DNA of 64,000 bases from the human T2T-CHM13v2.0 reference genome, Homo sapiens, in the NCBI RefSeq assembly GCF_009914755.1, contig NC_060931.1; one strand, 5' to 3'. The notes under the pieces are model-generated. The model was given only the letters and a program-made list of their open reading frames with translations, was not told the origin of the DNA and did no database searches. The first letter of the stretch is position 1. Every line of letters starts with the position of its first letter. This document shows positions 34,330 through 53,925 of the stretch, piece after piece. The position numbers and the translations under genes are program-made.

Positions 34330-34720
34330 GTGCGGAGGCCAGGCCTCCCGGCCAACTCTGAGCTGGACGGGCCAGCCATGGTCCGAGACGTCCGTCCCAG
34401 CCAAGCCCGGAGCAGCCCCCGGTCTGCCGTCCCCTCAGCCGCCCCCGAGCCAAGCGGGCCCTGAGCTCTGTCCCGGCCGCACGCTCTTTATGAAGCCCCA
34501 GGGCCCGTCTTCCCTATTGTTTGCCTGTGTTTACAGCCTTGTGATTTTTTTCCAGGTGATGCCCCAGTCTGGAGGCGGCCTCCATGCCATCCTGCTGCGG
34601 CCTCTCTCCCTGCCCCCGGCTTCTCATCAATCATTTCATGGAGCTTTTTGCTGCGGCCGGGGTGGGAGACCAGACACCCACAGAGGAGCAAGCGAGGGCT
34701 CGGTGGGCGAGCTTGCTGGG
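34330..34720. promoter_or_regulatory. CpG-enriched candidate enhancer
   Basis: Retained CpGs; TTTATG 34487, CTATTGTT 34514, TGTTTGC 34518, TGTTTAC 34528, ATCAATCA 34626. Confidence 0.45.
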
Positions 34721-34754
34721 GAAATGGCACTCTTTCTGCTGCACGCTGAGGGGG

Positions 34755-34985
34755 AGTGTGTGCATGTGTGTGCATGCACATGTGCATATGTGTATATGTG
34801 TGCATGTGTGTATATGTCTGTATGCATATATACATGTGTGTATGCGTGTATATGTCTATATGCACATGTGTCTGTGTGTGTGCATGTGTGTATATGTCTA
34901 TATGGATGTGTGCATATGAGCATAAGTGTGCATGTGTGTATATGTCTATATGCACGTCTGCATGTGTGTGTGTACCTGTGCATAT
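34755..34985. repeat. Degenerate (TG/TA/CA)n alternating purine-pyrimidine repeat
   Basis: Direct inspection. Confidence 0.93.
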
Positions 34986-35446
34986 TAGGGTTTACAGGAG
35001 GCTCATTCCACCCCAGAACCTGCCGATGAGACCTTCCCAGGACAGCTAAGGACACAGGTGGGAAGTGTTCTGCTGTCCTGTGCAGGAAGGGGCTGAATTC
35101 TCAGGGTATCCCCAGCCCTCCTGAGAACTGCAGCCCAGGCTGGACTTCCAGGCCAGCTCTCCTCTGCGCAGGTGTATGCCCTGAGCCAAGTCCCCATCTT
35201 GCTGGGTCTCAGTTTCCCCTGGGGTGAAAGGGAAGTTGTATTGAACCCGGCCTTATAGCTTTGGACTTGGAAAGGCTGTGCCAGGCCCTGGCTGCAGTTC
35301 TAGGGCCTGTCTGTCCCTCCCTCCTTCAGCTATGGTTGCTGATCTTCAGGGCTCTTCCCAGACCAAAAGAAAAAGAAAAAAAACACATCTGTACAGATAC
35401 ATGCAAAATTCAGTAAGTTCCCCAAAGTCCCTCTGTGAATCTTCTA

Positions 35447-35887
<441 letters not shown>

Positions 35888-37074
35888 TCAGGACCATCTC
35901 CAGGAAACAAAGTCAAAGGCAGTTCTCAGACAGCCTGAGGCCACGGAGGGGCTGGGTAGTCCTAGCCAGGGAGGGTGATTCGAGGTCGCACGTTGGCCCT
36001 GGATGGTTTGATGGAAAAGGAGGGTAGCCCTTCCCAGCTCTAGAAATTCAGGACTGGAGTGGTCATATTGCCGCTGGGCGGTCCTGGGCTGAGGCACCCG
36101 CACTGGTCCCCTGGTTGAGGTATAGACCAGAGACCACAGTTGGAAGGGATTCTAACTCTAGGGCCGAGGGGAGGGAGCGCGGGGACTGTGCAGGAGGACG
36201 CCTCCACCCCCGCAGTGCGTGTGCAAGATGGCAGGGCTCTGCAGCGCTTTCTCATTCTTTATGGTGTGCTGACAGCCAGGCAGAGCTGCAGAACACTTCC
36301 TAAGCCCATCTCTGTCCCTCGGGACTGGAGTTCTAAAGGCTGGCCATGGCGGTCAGATGACTATCCCCTGGGGCTCCCGAAAGCAGGGCCAGAAGGTTTG
36401 CAAACTCCTGGAAGACATCGATTCACAGGGCCACCTGCCCAGGGCTCCTCCCTGTGCAGGCGGGGGCTGAATTCCCAGGGTACCCCCAGCCCTGCTCAGA
36501 GCTGCAGCCTCTGTACCCCTGTGGCCCCCCAGGGCACCCCACCTTGCACCAGTCCCTGGAATCTGCACACTGGAGAACAGCCCCGGGCCCTCTGGGGCTG
36601 GCTGAAGAAAGGGCAGGTGGGACAGTAGTGGCTGAAAAGGGAGAAGTGTTGCCCCAAGGACATGGCACCCAGGACGTGGACATGGGGCAACCATCTCCGG
36701 GGCTTTCTGACCCTTTCTAACCCATTTCCACAGATCTGAGCCGGCAGGGGCCTCCCCCGAGAGACCTTCAGAGCCTGGGGTGATCAGGCTGGATTATCCT
36801 CTCTCCCTGTTCCCCCCACCTGGCTGCTGCAGACCTGAGAAACTTCCACCTGTCTCATACCAGCTGAGGGTGTCTGAGCAGCTGACATCAACCCCACAGA
36901 TCTCCTGGACTGTGCTGGAAGGTACAGACAGGCAGGGAGGTTTCCCAATGGGTCAGGAGACCCTGACCCCATAAATCAACTGATCCTCAAGAGACAGGCT
37001 GGAGGGAGGGATGGTTCTAGAGAACCTGGCTCCTTGTTCTTCCCTGTGACAAAATCTGGCACCAGGAAGAGTTT

Positions 37075-37397
37075 AAGTGTGCAGGTGTGTGTGTTCAGGC
37101 ATGTGTGTGCAGGCGTGCGTGTGCAAATGTGTGTGCAAGTGTGTGTGCAGGCATGCGTGTGCAAGTGTGTGTAGGCATGTGTGTGCAGGTGTGCGTGTGC
37201 AGATTGTGTGTGCAGGTGTGCGTTTGCAAGCGTGTGTGTGCAGGCATGTGTGTGCAGGTGTGCGTGTGCAGATTGTGTGTGCAGGTGTGCGTTTGCAAGC
37301 GTGTGTGCAGGCATGTGCGTGCAGGTGTACATGTGGAGGCATGTGTGGTCAGGCATGCATGTGCAGGTGTGTGCGTGTGCAGGTGTGCGTGTGCATG
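37075..37397. repeat. (GTGTGCAG)-type degenerate GT repeat with an internal ~70-bp duplication
   Basis: GTGTGCAGGTGTGCGTGTGCAGATTGTGTGTGCAGGTGTGCGTTTGCAAGCGTGTGTG occurs twice. Confidence 0.93.
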
Positions 37398-37479
37398 AAC
37401 ATGACTGTAAACTGGGTGCCCTTTCCCCTTCAAGCCTGTGGGTCTCAGTCCAGAGTCCACAGACAGCGTTAGAGCCTTG

Positions 37480-38025
37480 CCTGTGACTCAGAGGCAGGCC
37501 TTTCTCAAGCCGCCGTGCCGCCGGGTCGGGGGGAGGTCTGGGCCATGTGGCTACATCTGGGAGTCCAAGTTCAGGGCCAAGGATGGGCAACCAGCCCGTG
37601 CTCCCCGGTACACACCCATGTCCAACATCGCTCTCAGATGGCCCACCTTTCAGAGGAAGGAGGACCGGAGTTTGCAGGTCTTGGGAGAGTCCATGAAACA
37701 CTGATACATACATTTATGTTCTTCCAAATCTGTAACAAAGCACACGAAAGAGAGAGCCTGCATTTCACGCATCTTAAACCACAGCCATGGAGCCCGTGCA
37801 GCTCATTCCCATTTATCATCCTTCCTGTGCACTAGAAACGTTCTGCGTCTCCACCAAACCCCCCATCCCCACCCCGCCCCCCAACCTGGCTTCAACCAGA
37901 CGCTCGTAAATCTGTTTCTCTTGTTCCACACGAGCTGCCTGGGAAAAGGCCCCATTTGCTGCGTCTGCTCCTCCTTCCAAATGCTCGACGCCTTTGAGAT
38001 TTTATGATTTCGGGTTATTGACTTG
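37480..38025. promoter_or_regulatory. Candidate enhancer (AP-1, RUNX, posterior HOX/CDX motifs)
   Basis: TGACTCA 37484, AACCACA 37777, CTCGTAAA 37903, TTTTATGA 38000; unique sequence. Confidence 0.4.
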
Positions 38026-38627
38026 GCCTCCTGGGTCCCCCGTGGTAGGCGGCTGTTTGGGAGAGCGGCTGGAGGCTTTGGGTGACCTCAGGTTCACCCC
38101 TTGCCTAAACAGCGTTGGGGAGATGGTGCAAAAGACCTGCTGCTGCTGGCGGGTCCCGGGGCCTCATGTGGGAGCTCCTTATGGGGGCACAAACCCTGAC
38201 CTGGGGCTAGCCTTCTGTGTCCCAACTCAGGCCCTGCACCCCACCCATTCTGAGCTTCTGGGCTCATTTCTCCCCAACTTCCTGAATCTGTGTTGCCAAA
38301 ACCTCAGCTTCTGCTTCCCTTCCCAGCCTTAGCTCCTCCTCCCACTAAGAGCTCCCAAGGGAAACAGCCATGCGGTTGATGCAGGGCAAGGTGTGCAAAG
38401 GTCGTTCACTCCACAGCCAGGCCCCAGCCTCATCTGCGTCATGCTGCATGCTGCCACCAAGTGGCGGGGCTGGTTATTAGCTGGTATGGCCTGGAAGGGT
38501 GGTGCAGGTGGTTAAATATGTTGATTGACATTCAGAATGAAGGAACACCTGCCTTTGCCTGGAGGAAGCCCAGTCAAGAGGCAGAAGCAGGCAGGCAATA
38601 CTAGAGCATTCTAAGTCCAGTGTTCAG

Positions 38628-39912
<1,285 letters not shown>

Positions 39913-40141
39913 ATGGAGTCATAGCAAACCATTCTTCAATGAGGAAAGCCGACTGGGGAAGAAGCTTTCCCCTACCATACGCCATACACCAAAATTAATT
40001 CTAAATAGGTCACGTAACTATTTGTAAAAGCTAAAATGATAAAACATTTCCAGAAGAAAACTCAGGGGAAAAAGAATTTTAGTTACTTTGGGCTTGGTAA
40101 ATACTTTGGAAATACAATACAAAAAGCACAAAGAATACAAA

Positions 40142-40182
<41 letters not shown>

Positions 40183-40227
40183 TTGAACTTTACCCAAACA
40201 AAAAACTTTAGCTCTTCAAAGACACTA

Positions 40228-40529
<302 letters not shown>

Positions 40530-40530
<1 letters not shown>

Positions 40531-40760
40531 AAAGAAAGAAAAGAGGAGAGAGAAAGAAAAGGAAGAAGAAAAGAAGGAAGGAAAGATGGAAGGAAGAAAG
40601 GAACAAAGGAGGGAGGGAGTGAAGGAAGGAAGAAAGGAAGGAAGGAAGGAACAAAGGAGGGAGGGAGTGAAGGAAGGAAGAAAGAAAGGAAGGAGAGGGA
40701 GGGAGGAAAGGGAGGGAGGAAGGAAGGAAAGAAGGGAGGAGGGAAGGAAGGAAGGAAAAA
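40530..40760. repeat. (GAAA/GGAA/GGGA)n polypurine tract, Alu tail expansion
   Basis: Direct inspection; includes a duplicated GGAACAAAGGAGGGAGGGAGTGAAGGAAGGAAGAAAG block. Confidence 0.95.
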
Positions 40761-41344
40761 ATGATAAAGAGATGCACCACAGACTGAAATGTTTTTTTCA
40801 GTTGTATTTAGACAACTCAATGCTAGGAAGAAAAACAACCCAATTTAAAAATGGGGAAAACCTGGAACTCTCCTTCATGACCGGGGGTTGTGGAAGAAAA
40901 CACAGCCACTTTTGAAAACCTTTTGGCAGTTTCTTAAAATGCTAATCATACACCTACCAAAAGACCCAGCCACTCCACCCGTAGGTATTTCCCAAACGAC
41001 GTGAAGACGTCTTTGCACACATTATACATGAATATTCATAGCGGAGTTATTTGCAAAAGCCAAAAACTAAAAACAACCCAAATATCCATCAAGGGGTAAA
41101 AGGATAAACAAATCCGGCTATGAGCATATAATGAAACGCGACAGCAATAAAAAAAAGAATGAAACTATTGATACATGCCGCAACATGGATGCGTCTCAAA
41201 ATCATCACCATGAATGAAAAAAGCCAGACAACAAAAAAGTATGTAAGATTCTGGAAATTGCAAGCTAATCTATAGTGACAGCAAAGCTCATCAGGGGTCC
41301 TTTGGGGATAGGCGTGAAGGATTTGGGAGTTAGCAGCATCTCTT

Positions 41345-41518
41345 CTCGTGGTTCTCAACTTTGGCTGCAGATTAAAATGAGAGCTTGAAAGGTTTTAAAA
41401 ATAATGATGCCTGGGCTCCACCCCTAGACCAATAGAATGGCCAAGGGTTCTGCCTGGCCTGGAATTTTTCCAATACACCCCTGGAGATTCCAGCCTGTAG
41501 CCCAATTGATACTGACCA
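41345..41518. mobile_element. MER5A-like DNA transposon
   Basis: GTGGTTCTCAACTTTGGCTGC...GATGCCTGGGCTCCACCCC. Confidence 0.75.
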
Positions 41519-41559
41519 TAGCTGGTAATTGAAGAAAGGGAACAAGGTGAACCGCAGCC

Positions 41560-42870
<1,311 letters not shown>

Positions 42871-43302
42871 GAGACAGAGTGGCTCCCTACGGATGGCCAC
42901 TGCAGCCCCTGCCTCCCCCTGAGGCAGGGCCTTGGGCCCATCTGGCTCCCCTCTGGTGGCTCCCCTCGCGGCCATGGCTGGACGCCGGCCCGTCACGCAG
43001 CCTGTGCTGACAGATTGGGTGTCTCCCGTGCACCAGCGGCTGCCGCTAAGTGGCTTTCTGGCAGGGAGTCAGGGGTCACCTCATCCTCGCTCTGTTCAAA
43101 ACAGCACTGGCCTCTTTGGGGGTGCCTCCCACGCCTGTCTGCTGCACGAGGGTGTGTTTAGTGTCAACTCTGCGATCCAGACCCTGCCTGGTGACTCTCG
43201 GGGGAGCAGCCTCAGGAGCCCGTGGCCCCCGGGGCAGCTGGCTCCCAGGCCAGAGGGGCAGGGGTCCTGCACTCATGAGCTGGCAAGTCTCGCCACGTGT
43301 GA

Positions 43303-43763
<461 letters not shown>

Positions 43764-45967
43764 TAGGGGATGGGGTGAGCTGGAGACTGTGATCCCCTGG
43801 GGTCAGCGAGGTTTGGAGAATGATCACAGGGGTTCCCAGGCCAACCTCACCACCTCTCAGCTGAGTGACCCTGGGCGAGTCAGTTCTCTTCCCTGGGACT
43901 CAGTCTTCTCCTTTGAAGAAAGGGGACAAGAGAACCTAGGACGTCATAGGACTTCAGCAAATGTCAGTCCCTTTCCCCCACACTCCACACGTGACGTCCC
44001 CTGAGATGTCTGAGTCTGGGCAAGTGTGCTGTCATAGTTTGGGGGGTGGCCTGGTCCCGTGGCTTGTCCTGCTCAGCCAGCAGCCCTCGGCTGGCTCAGT
44101 GTGGGAGGTTCAGACACGGCCTCAGTTCTTGACAAGCGCCTAGCCAGAGGGGAGGCAATTTTATTCCAGTGTGATGAGCACTAGTAGAAGATATGTTAGA
44201 ACAGAGGGACCGCAAGGACCAGGCGGAGATCAAGGAAGGCTTCTTGGAGGCGACATAGGAGCTGGCCTGCGAGGCTGAGTGGGAATATTTTGGGTAGAAA
44301 GGAGACCACTAAACAAGCATTTCCGACAGAGGAACCAGCTCGTGAAGAGGGAAGGTGGTTGTGTGCTGGGGAAACAAATGTGGTTCTCCATGGTCATAAC
44401 AGAGGATGCCTGGGGCGTGGGGGGCAGAAAGTCAGCCGGAAAAGTGGGGACCTGAGTACCGGGGAAGCTGGGATGAAGGAGCCTCCCTCTGCAGGTAGGG
44501 ACAGGGCCCTCTGAAGCCGGGGAGGGGATGGGGAAATGGGGAAGGGACCAGAGTGGTGTGCTCAGAGACCACCTGCCTTCGTATCACCCGAGGAGTCACA
44601 AAATGCAGACTCCAGGGCCTGGGGCTCCACCGTTCCAGCTCTGTTGGTTGCAAAAAACCTAAGAGGGGAGAGAGACAGCCCCGTCTTAGCCTGGTCAGGG
44701 CCTGGGGCAGTTTGGAGACTGTTTGCTGAGGGCAACTGAGGTCGCAGTGAGCCAGGCAGGCCCTGGGGTGCCCACCGCACACCCCATCTGTGCCAGGCTC
44801 CCAGCTCAGGGCACCGGTGGGCACTCCAGTGATGTTCCCTGGCAGGCGGAGGGCTCATTTCTCGCCTCCTTCTGAGGCAAGGAGGGCAGATGTTGAGCCT
44901 CTGGGGTCCTTGGCCCAAGGCTGCAGGTCCTGGCTGCTCACAGCCAGCGGGTGGAGCCCTGTCCGGCCAACACACTCGCTCTTTGTCTACGTCTCAGCAG
45001 GGGAAGGTACCCGGGGTGGTGTCCGGCTGGGTGGGTGTCCAGGCTTTGGCAGCAGTGCCAGCCTTCCATCCGGCCCTGGAGACGCCCCCCATGAGTTCCG
45101 GGGTTGCTTGGAGAGGTCAGGATGGGCAGAAATTTGCAGGGGCAGGGAGCTGGCACCGGGGTTGGAGAGGCCTTGGGCAGACGCAGCCCCTCCACCATGG
45201 CAGGGAGCTGGCCTCAGGCAGCAAGGCACTGCGGGTGCCCCAGAGACACAGACAGGCTGCATCAGGCTGAACCCCAGACCAGCTGAGCCAGGGTGGCAAA
45301 TCCCATGTCCGCTCCAGACAGCCCTGGGGCTCTGAATCTGCACTTGGGAGCGTGCAATTGTCTCCTCCAAGACTCTGGTGGAGGGGATTTGAAATAATCC
45401 CAGCTCAGGGAGGGTGGGGCTTAGGGACAGGGCCCAGGGAGGGTCCAAGGGCACCACGGGGGGTTTGCCACCTGAGCCCAGGGATCAGGCAGGGCTTGGC
45501 CAGCGCTGAGCACCCTAAGTGCCTGGCACGGGCTGAGACTCAGGGGCCGGCTGTGCCTCTCCTGAAGCCGTCCCTGTTGGCGGGCAGGCGGGTGGGGCAG
45601 GCTGGGGGCTGGGCGCGGCCTCTCATATCTTCCCCGTTACTTCATCCATTTTGTTCCCACTGATCCCTTGTTTATCTCACTGGGAAGGCAGCCGCGGTGG
45701 AAGACGGGGCCAAGGGAAAGGCCAGAGCCTGGGTCGTCTCCAGCCTCACTCGCCCTCCTCCCTCACCTGGTCCCTGAGCTGAGAACCAGGGCCCGGCCTG
45801 AGAACCTCCAAGGCAGCACCCAGAGGCCGGGTCTGCACCGTGCCCTGACACTGACAGGCTGTGTAACAACGGCTGAGAACTAACCCTCTCTGGTTTTACT
45901 TTCTGTAAGTGACTTGGGAGGTTGTTCTGAATGACCTTTGAGAAGGATGAATAATTGGTATTAATAA

Positions 45968-46700
<733 letters not shown>

Positions 46701-47879
46701 TCCCACTATCCCATCTTAGAGATGAGACTGAGAGAATGGCTGGGAGTCCCTCCAGCTGGCATCTTGCAACTTGAATTGTTGAGGTTTCAGGTGCAGGCGT
46801 GTCCCCAGATGGTTGTGGAGATGGAGATCAGGTTGGAGAAGACCCTCTGGGGAGTGGGGATTGGCATAGGAAGTGAGGGCTGCTGTGGGCAGGGGATGAA
46901 AGCCCAGTAGGGCCAGTGTGGGAGAACGTCACTTAGGAAGCTACCAGAAAGATATGCCAGACTCCTACCAGGCCTTGTCACTGCAGAGCCCCTGGCAAGA
47001 GAGGGACGTTTGTGGACCCCGGAGGCTTGCGTGGGATGGACCTTAATCTCCACTGTCTTCCCTGGAAGATCACCCCTTTAAAGGCAGGGCAGTGGGAGCA
47101 GGTGCCGTGGCTTAAAGCAGGCCTGTCTGAATCCTTAGCAGCGATCTCCAAGGGCACCATAACCTTGCAAGAAAGAGGCTGCCAGGCCTACATCAGATGC
47201 AGAAACCAGGGCGCAGAGTAGGTGAGTAATCTGCTTAGAGCCACACAGCTATGAGTAGCAGATCCAAGCGCAACCTGCCTGTCCCGGGAGCTTGCGGGCT
47301 AGCTAGACCTTTGCTGCCTAGAAGACCCTCTTGTGAGTCCCCTCCCTGGGCTCAGCAACCCAGGAGGCCATGACTTCTGCCTGGGTCCTAGGGCTGGAGC
47401 CTCGGTGTCCCCTTGTCTTCTTTCCTTTTGCGACTTGGTTTTCCAGTCTGTGAAATGGGGTGGGTGCGTCCAACTCCAAGCCGCCTGTCTCTGCCCTGGG
47501 TCCTGGAGCCTGGAGGAGGAATGAGGTCATGTTTGTCTAGGGGCTAGAGCATCTTGGACGGAGAAACCTCGGCAAAGACAAAGGCCCATTGTCCCCCTTC
47601 CCCGGCCTTCTGCCAGCTCCCTCCCCAGTCACCAGACAAGGCCAGCCCTGCCCACAGCCCCCAGAGGCTGCCACGCACCAGTATGGGGTGACTCAGTGCC
47701 CCCTCCCTTCCCATTGGTTGACGATGCCTGGAATCCCACCATCAGAGCTTTGTAAGGTTGCTGTGGGATGGGGGAGTGGGGGAGGCAGAAAAAGACAAGA
47801 AGGTGGTGAGGGCCTCTGGCTTGCGGATTTCAAAATTAGACCTTTATGATGGGCTTGGGTGGGAGATCAGGCAATAATA

Positions 47880-48075
47880 AATAATAAAAACAACAAATTT
47901 CACACTTGCTTTTCAGTAGCTTTGGCATGAAACCTTTATAAGCATTATCTCAATGAATGCTCTCCACACCCCTAAGGGAACATTGTTCGTTACTCCATTC
48001 CACCGACGCAGAACACTCACATAACTAGTAGATATGGATGGCAGCGGCGGGGTTCAAACTGGAGTCTACGTGGTT
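47880..48075 (-). mobile_element. MIR
   Basis: AATAATAA...GCATTATCTCAATGAAT...GGGGTTCAAACTGGAGTC. Confidence 0.6.
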
Positions 48076-48091
48076 CTATAGAGTTCTGCAG

Positions 48092-49010
<919 letters not shown>

Positions 49011-49189
49011 CGACGTAGTTGGAGCGAGTCAGTTCTGCTGCTGGGAAGGTGGTGCTGGCCCCAAGAAGGAGGGGCTAGAGGATGCTCGAATAATTTCAGT
49101 GCCTTGAAACACCTCATGGGCCACACATGAGCAGAGGCCACAGGGGAACAGGGGTGACTTCTGTAATTCTGAGGCCCACGGAGCTCTGT

Positions 49190-50350
<1,161 letters not shown>

Positions 50351-50439
50351 AACTGATAACAGCGTGAGAGCGTAATGACGTAATATAATAATAACAGCAT
50401 TAGACCCTGTCTCTAAATGAAAAACATTTTTTCAAGCAG

Positions 50440-50845
50440 CTAGTACTTATGCAGTGCTTCTCCTACTGGATCTAACTCAAACACCCTATGAGACAGGGAG
50501 TATTACTGCTTCCCATTTTTCAGATGTGGAAACTGAGCCTCAGAAGATGGGTTGGCTGGCCAGGCACCGTGGCTCACACCTGTAATCCCAGCACTTTAGG
50601 AGGCCAAGGCAGAGGGGATCACTTGAGGTCAGGAGTTCAAGACCAGCCTGACCAACATGGTGAAACCCCATCTCTACTAAAAGTACAAAAATTAGCTGGG
50701 CATTAGTAGTGCATGCCTGTAGTCCTAGCTACTTGGGAGACTAAGACAGGAAAATCACTTGAACCCAGGAGGCAGAGATTGTAGTGAGTCAAGACTGCGC
50801 CACTGCGCTCCAGCCTGGGCCACAGAGAGAGACTCTGTCTCAAAA

Positions 50846-50880
<35 letters not shown>
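50440..50880. mobile_element. MIR (minus, ~50440-50550) followed by an Alu (plus, 50558-50880) with (AAAT)n tail
   Basis: CCCATTTTTCAGATGTGGAAACTGAG; Alu consensus. Confidence 0.85.
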
Positions 50881-50881
<1 letters not shown>

Positions 50882-51379
50882 GCCTGGAGCCCATCTTCCC
50901 TTGCTGGGAAGCATCAAGTCCCTCCTCATGGCTGGGACAGAGAGCGAGAAGTGGCAGGGCTGTCACTGGACAGACAGTGATGGTCCTTCCAGAGCCCACA
51001 AAGGAGCTGAGGCTCCATCCTGCAGGACAGGAGACCGTGAGGTCATCAGGCAGCAGAATGACAGGGCTTCCTCTGTAAGCTAGGGGGATGGAGTGAGGGT
51101 GGCAGGGAGGCTGAGGACAGCATGGATGCCTGGGAAGTCTGGGCAAATGCCGTCAGTGATCCCCGGCCGCCCTTGGTCTGGATGGTCCAGATGGCCTGGG
51201 CCAGTTGTTTGCTCTTGGGGGCTTCCCTGGCATGACCAAGCCCCCTGGAGAGGGGCCTGGGCAGCAGACAGGGTGAGGGCTGCCTCCCCAACCCAGACCT
51301 GGGAACGTCCGGGCTGGCAGAGGGCCCGCTGGAGGCTGGTGAGAGGCCCACTTACCATGACGGATAGGGGCCCCGTCAG

Positions 51380-51460
51380 GCCGCGCCAATTAGGCAAGAT
51401 GGAGTGCCAGGACAGGGCTATAAATATCTTGGCCGCCGACTGGCCCAGGAATGTAAATGG
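51380..51460 (+). promoter_or_regulatory. CCAAT plus TATA/MEF2-like candidate core promoter or enhancer
   Basis: CCAAT 51386, CTATAAATAT 51418, GGAATG 51448, local CpGs. Confidence 0.35.
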
Positions 51461-52036
51461 TGTTGCTCAACAAGCAGGGAAAAATGTTCGGTTCAGACAG
51501 GATGGGTTTTTTGTGTTTTAAAAACATGTTCTGCTCTCCACGAAGACTTCGAGGTGGGCGGCAACGAGGCCGGTGCCCGAGGGCTGGCTCCTTGTCCAGT
51601 CCCGCCTGGGGCAAGGGCCCACGAAATCAGTCTTGCAGGGGAAGTCCCTGGAAGGGCCAGTGCATTTGAAGCCCAGAGAAGGCCTGAACCTGGCTTGAAA
51701 CTTTGTCCCTGGTCACAGGGGACCCTGGGTGAGGGAGCAGCCTAGCCATCTGGTTTGGGGACACGCAGCCCAGTCGGCTATCAGGGGCACCAGCGGCGGG
51801 TACAATCGTCTCCCAACACTGGCTCCTCTTCAGAGGTCTCTGCCCTGTTGTGGGTGTGTGGCTGGACAGGGCATCGTGTGTAGGTTACCGGACAGGCAGA
51901 GAGAAGCGAGGGCCGAGGGAGAAGGGCAGGCACTTGGCGTGGCTGCAGTGTGGGTGCACTCACCCCTGCGGGAGTGGTACCGCTTCTGCAGAGGGCACGG
52001 GAAACCTTACAACTGATGCACCTTGTAATCGATGAC

Positions 52037-52723
<687 letters not shown>

Positions 52724-53394
52724 TAAAGGTGTGACTTGTGTGACCATCCAAAGGCTGCCGGGGCGGGGGGATCCCAGAGAGCACAACATGGCAATCACGA
52801 AAATATGTTGGTGTCATTTCTCGGTCTTCAAAAATGACGGACACTGCTGGTCGCTGTGGCTTCCTCCTACGCGTTCGGTCACTCCTGCACATGTCCGCAG
52901 TAGTGGTGCTCTCGGGGACCCCCTCGCCACCCCACAATACCGCTCACCACATGGCCAAACAGGTTCGTCTTTTTCCATGTGATTTCTTCTTTTGCTAGAA
53001 CATTTATAAAACTTCTTAGGAAATTTAAGGAATGTTAAGGAAGTTAAGGAAAAGTTATGAACGCTTTTCCAGAGGCTAAAAAAGAATTCAATTTATTTCC
53101 TACTAGCTAGTCTAGAATTTTATTACATATTTATGTAAGTTTTAACTTTATAATCTGTCTGGAGGTCATTTTAGTGTTAGATATAAAGCGTTAGCTTATT
53201 TGCTTCCACCTCAAATGCCTGCCCCATTTCCCATTGTTGTGTAGTGCTTGTGTTATCATGGATTGCATTTTTATGTAGGATTGGTTCTTATACATAATCG
53301 CTGCTTTGTAACCTATTCCAACGGTGCGTATCCCTGATCTCATTCCAGCATCACGCTATTAAATGTTTGTTCCCTTAGACTATGTTTTATGGAA

Positions 53395-53530
53395 GAGTTT
53401 ATAGCACAGTAGTTAAGATTATGGGCTTTGAAGTCAAACTGGCGGAGATCCACATAAGACCTTTGCCTCTTAATAAATGTGTGACCTTGGGCGAGTTACC
53501 TCACAGTTCCTCATCTGTAAAATGGACTTC
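53395..53530 (+). mobile_element. MIR
   Basis: TGTGTGACCTTGGGCGAGTTACCTCACAGTTCCTCATCTGTAAAATGG. Confidence 0.85.
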
Positions 53531-53538
53531 TGGGAGGT

Positions 53539-53925
53539 TGAAATGGTTTAGTTCTGTGCCTCTGCCCAAATCTCATGTCAAATTGTAATCCCTAAAGTTG
53601 GAGGTGAGGCCTGGTAGGAAGTGATTGGATCATTGCGGGGGGATTTCCCCTTTGGTGCTGTTCTCGTGACAGTGAGTGAGTTCTTGTGAGATATGGTGGT
53701 TTAAAATGTGTAGCATCTCCCTCTCTCTCTCTTCCCCTTGCTACGGCCATGTGAAGACGTGCCTGCTTTCCCTTCACCCTTCTGCCGTGATTGTAAGTTT
53801 TTTGAGGCCTCCCCAGCCACGCTTCCTGTATAGCCTGTGGAACCATGAGCCAATTAAACCTCTTTTCCTTATAATCACCCAGTTTCAGGCATTTCTTTAT
53901 AGCAGTGCAAGAATAAACTAACACA
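53539..53925 (+). mobile_element. MSTA-like (MaLR) solo LTR
   Basis: TG...CA ends; CCCAAATCTCATGTCAAATTGTAATCC, GAGCCAATTAAACCTCTTTTC; 5-bp TSD GAGG(T/C). Confidence 0.88.

Noticed and set aside
42944-42960. CTCF-like motifs (also ~38453-38468 and ~62008-62024)
   Set aside because: Each mismatches a key core position; not supportable without a matrix scan or ChIP data.
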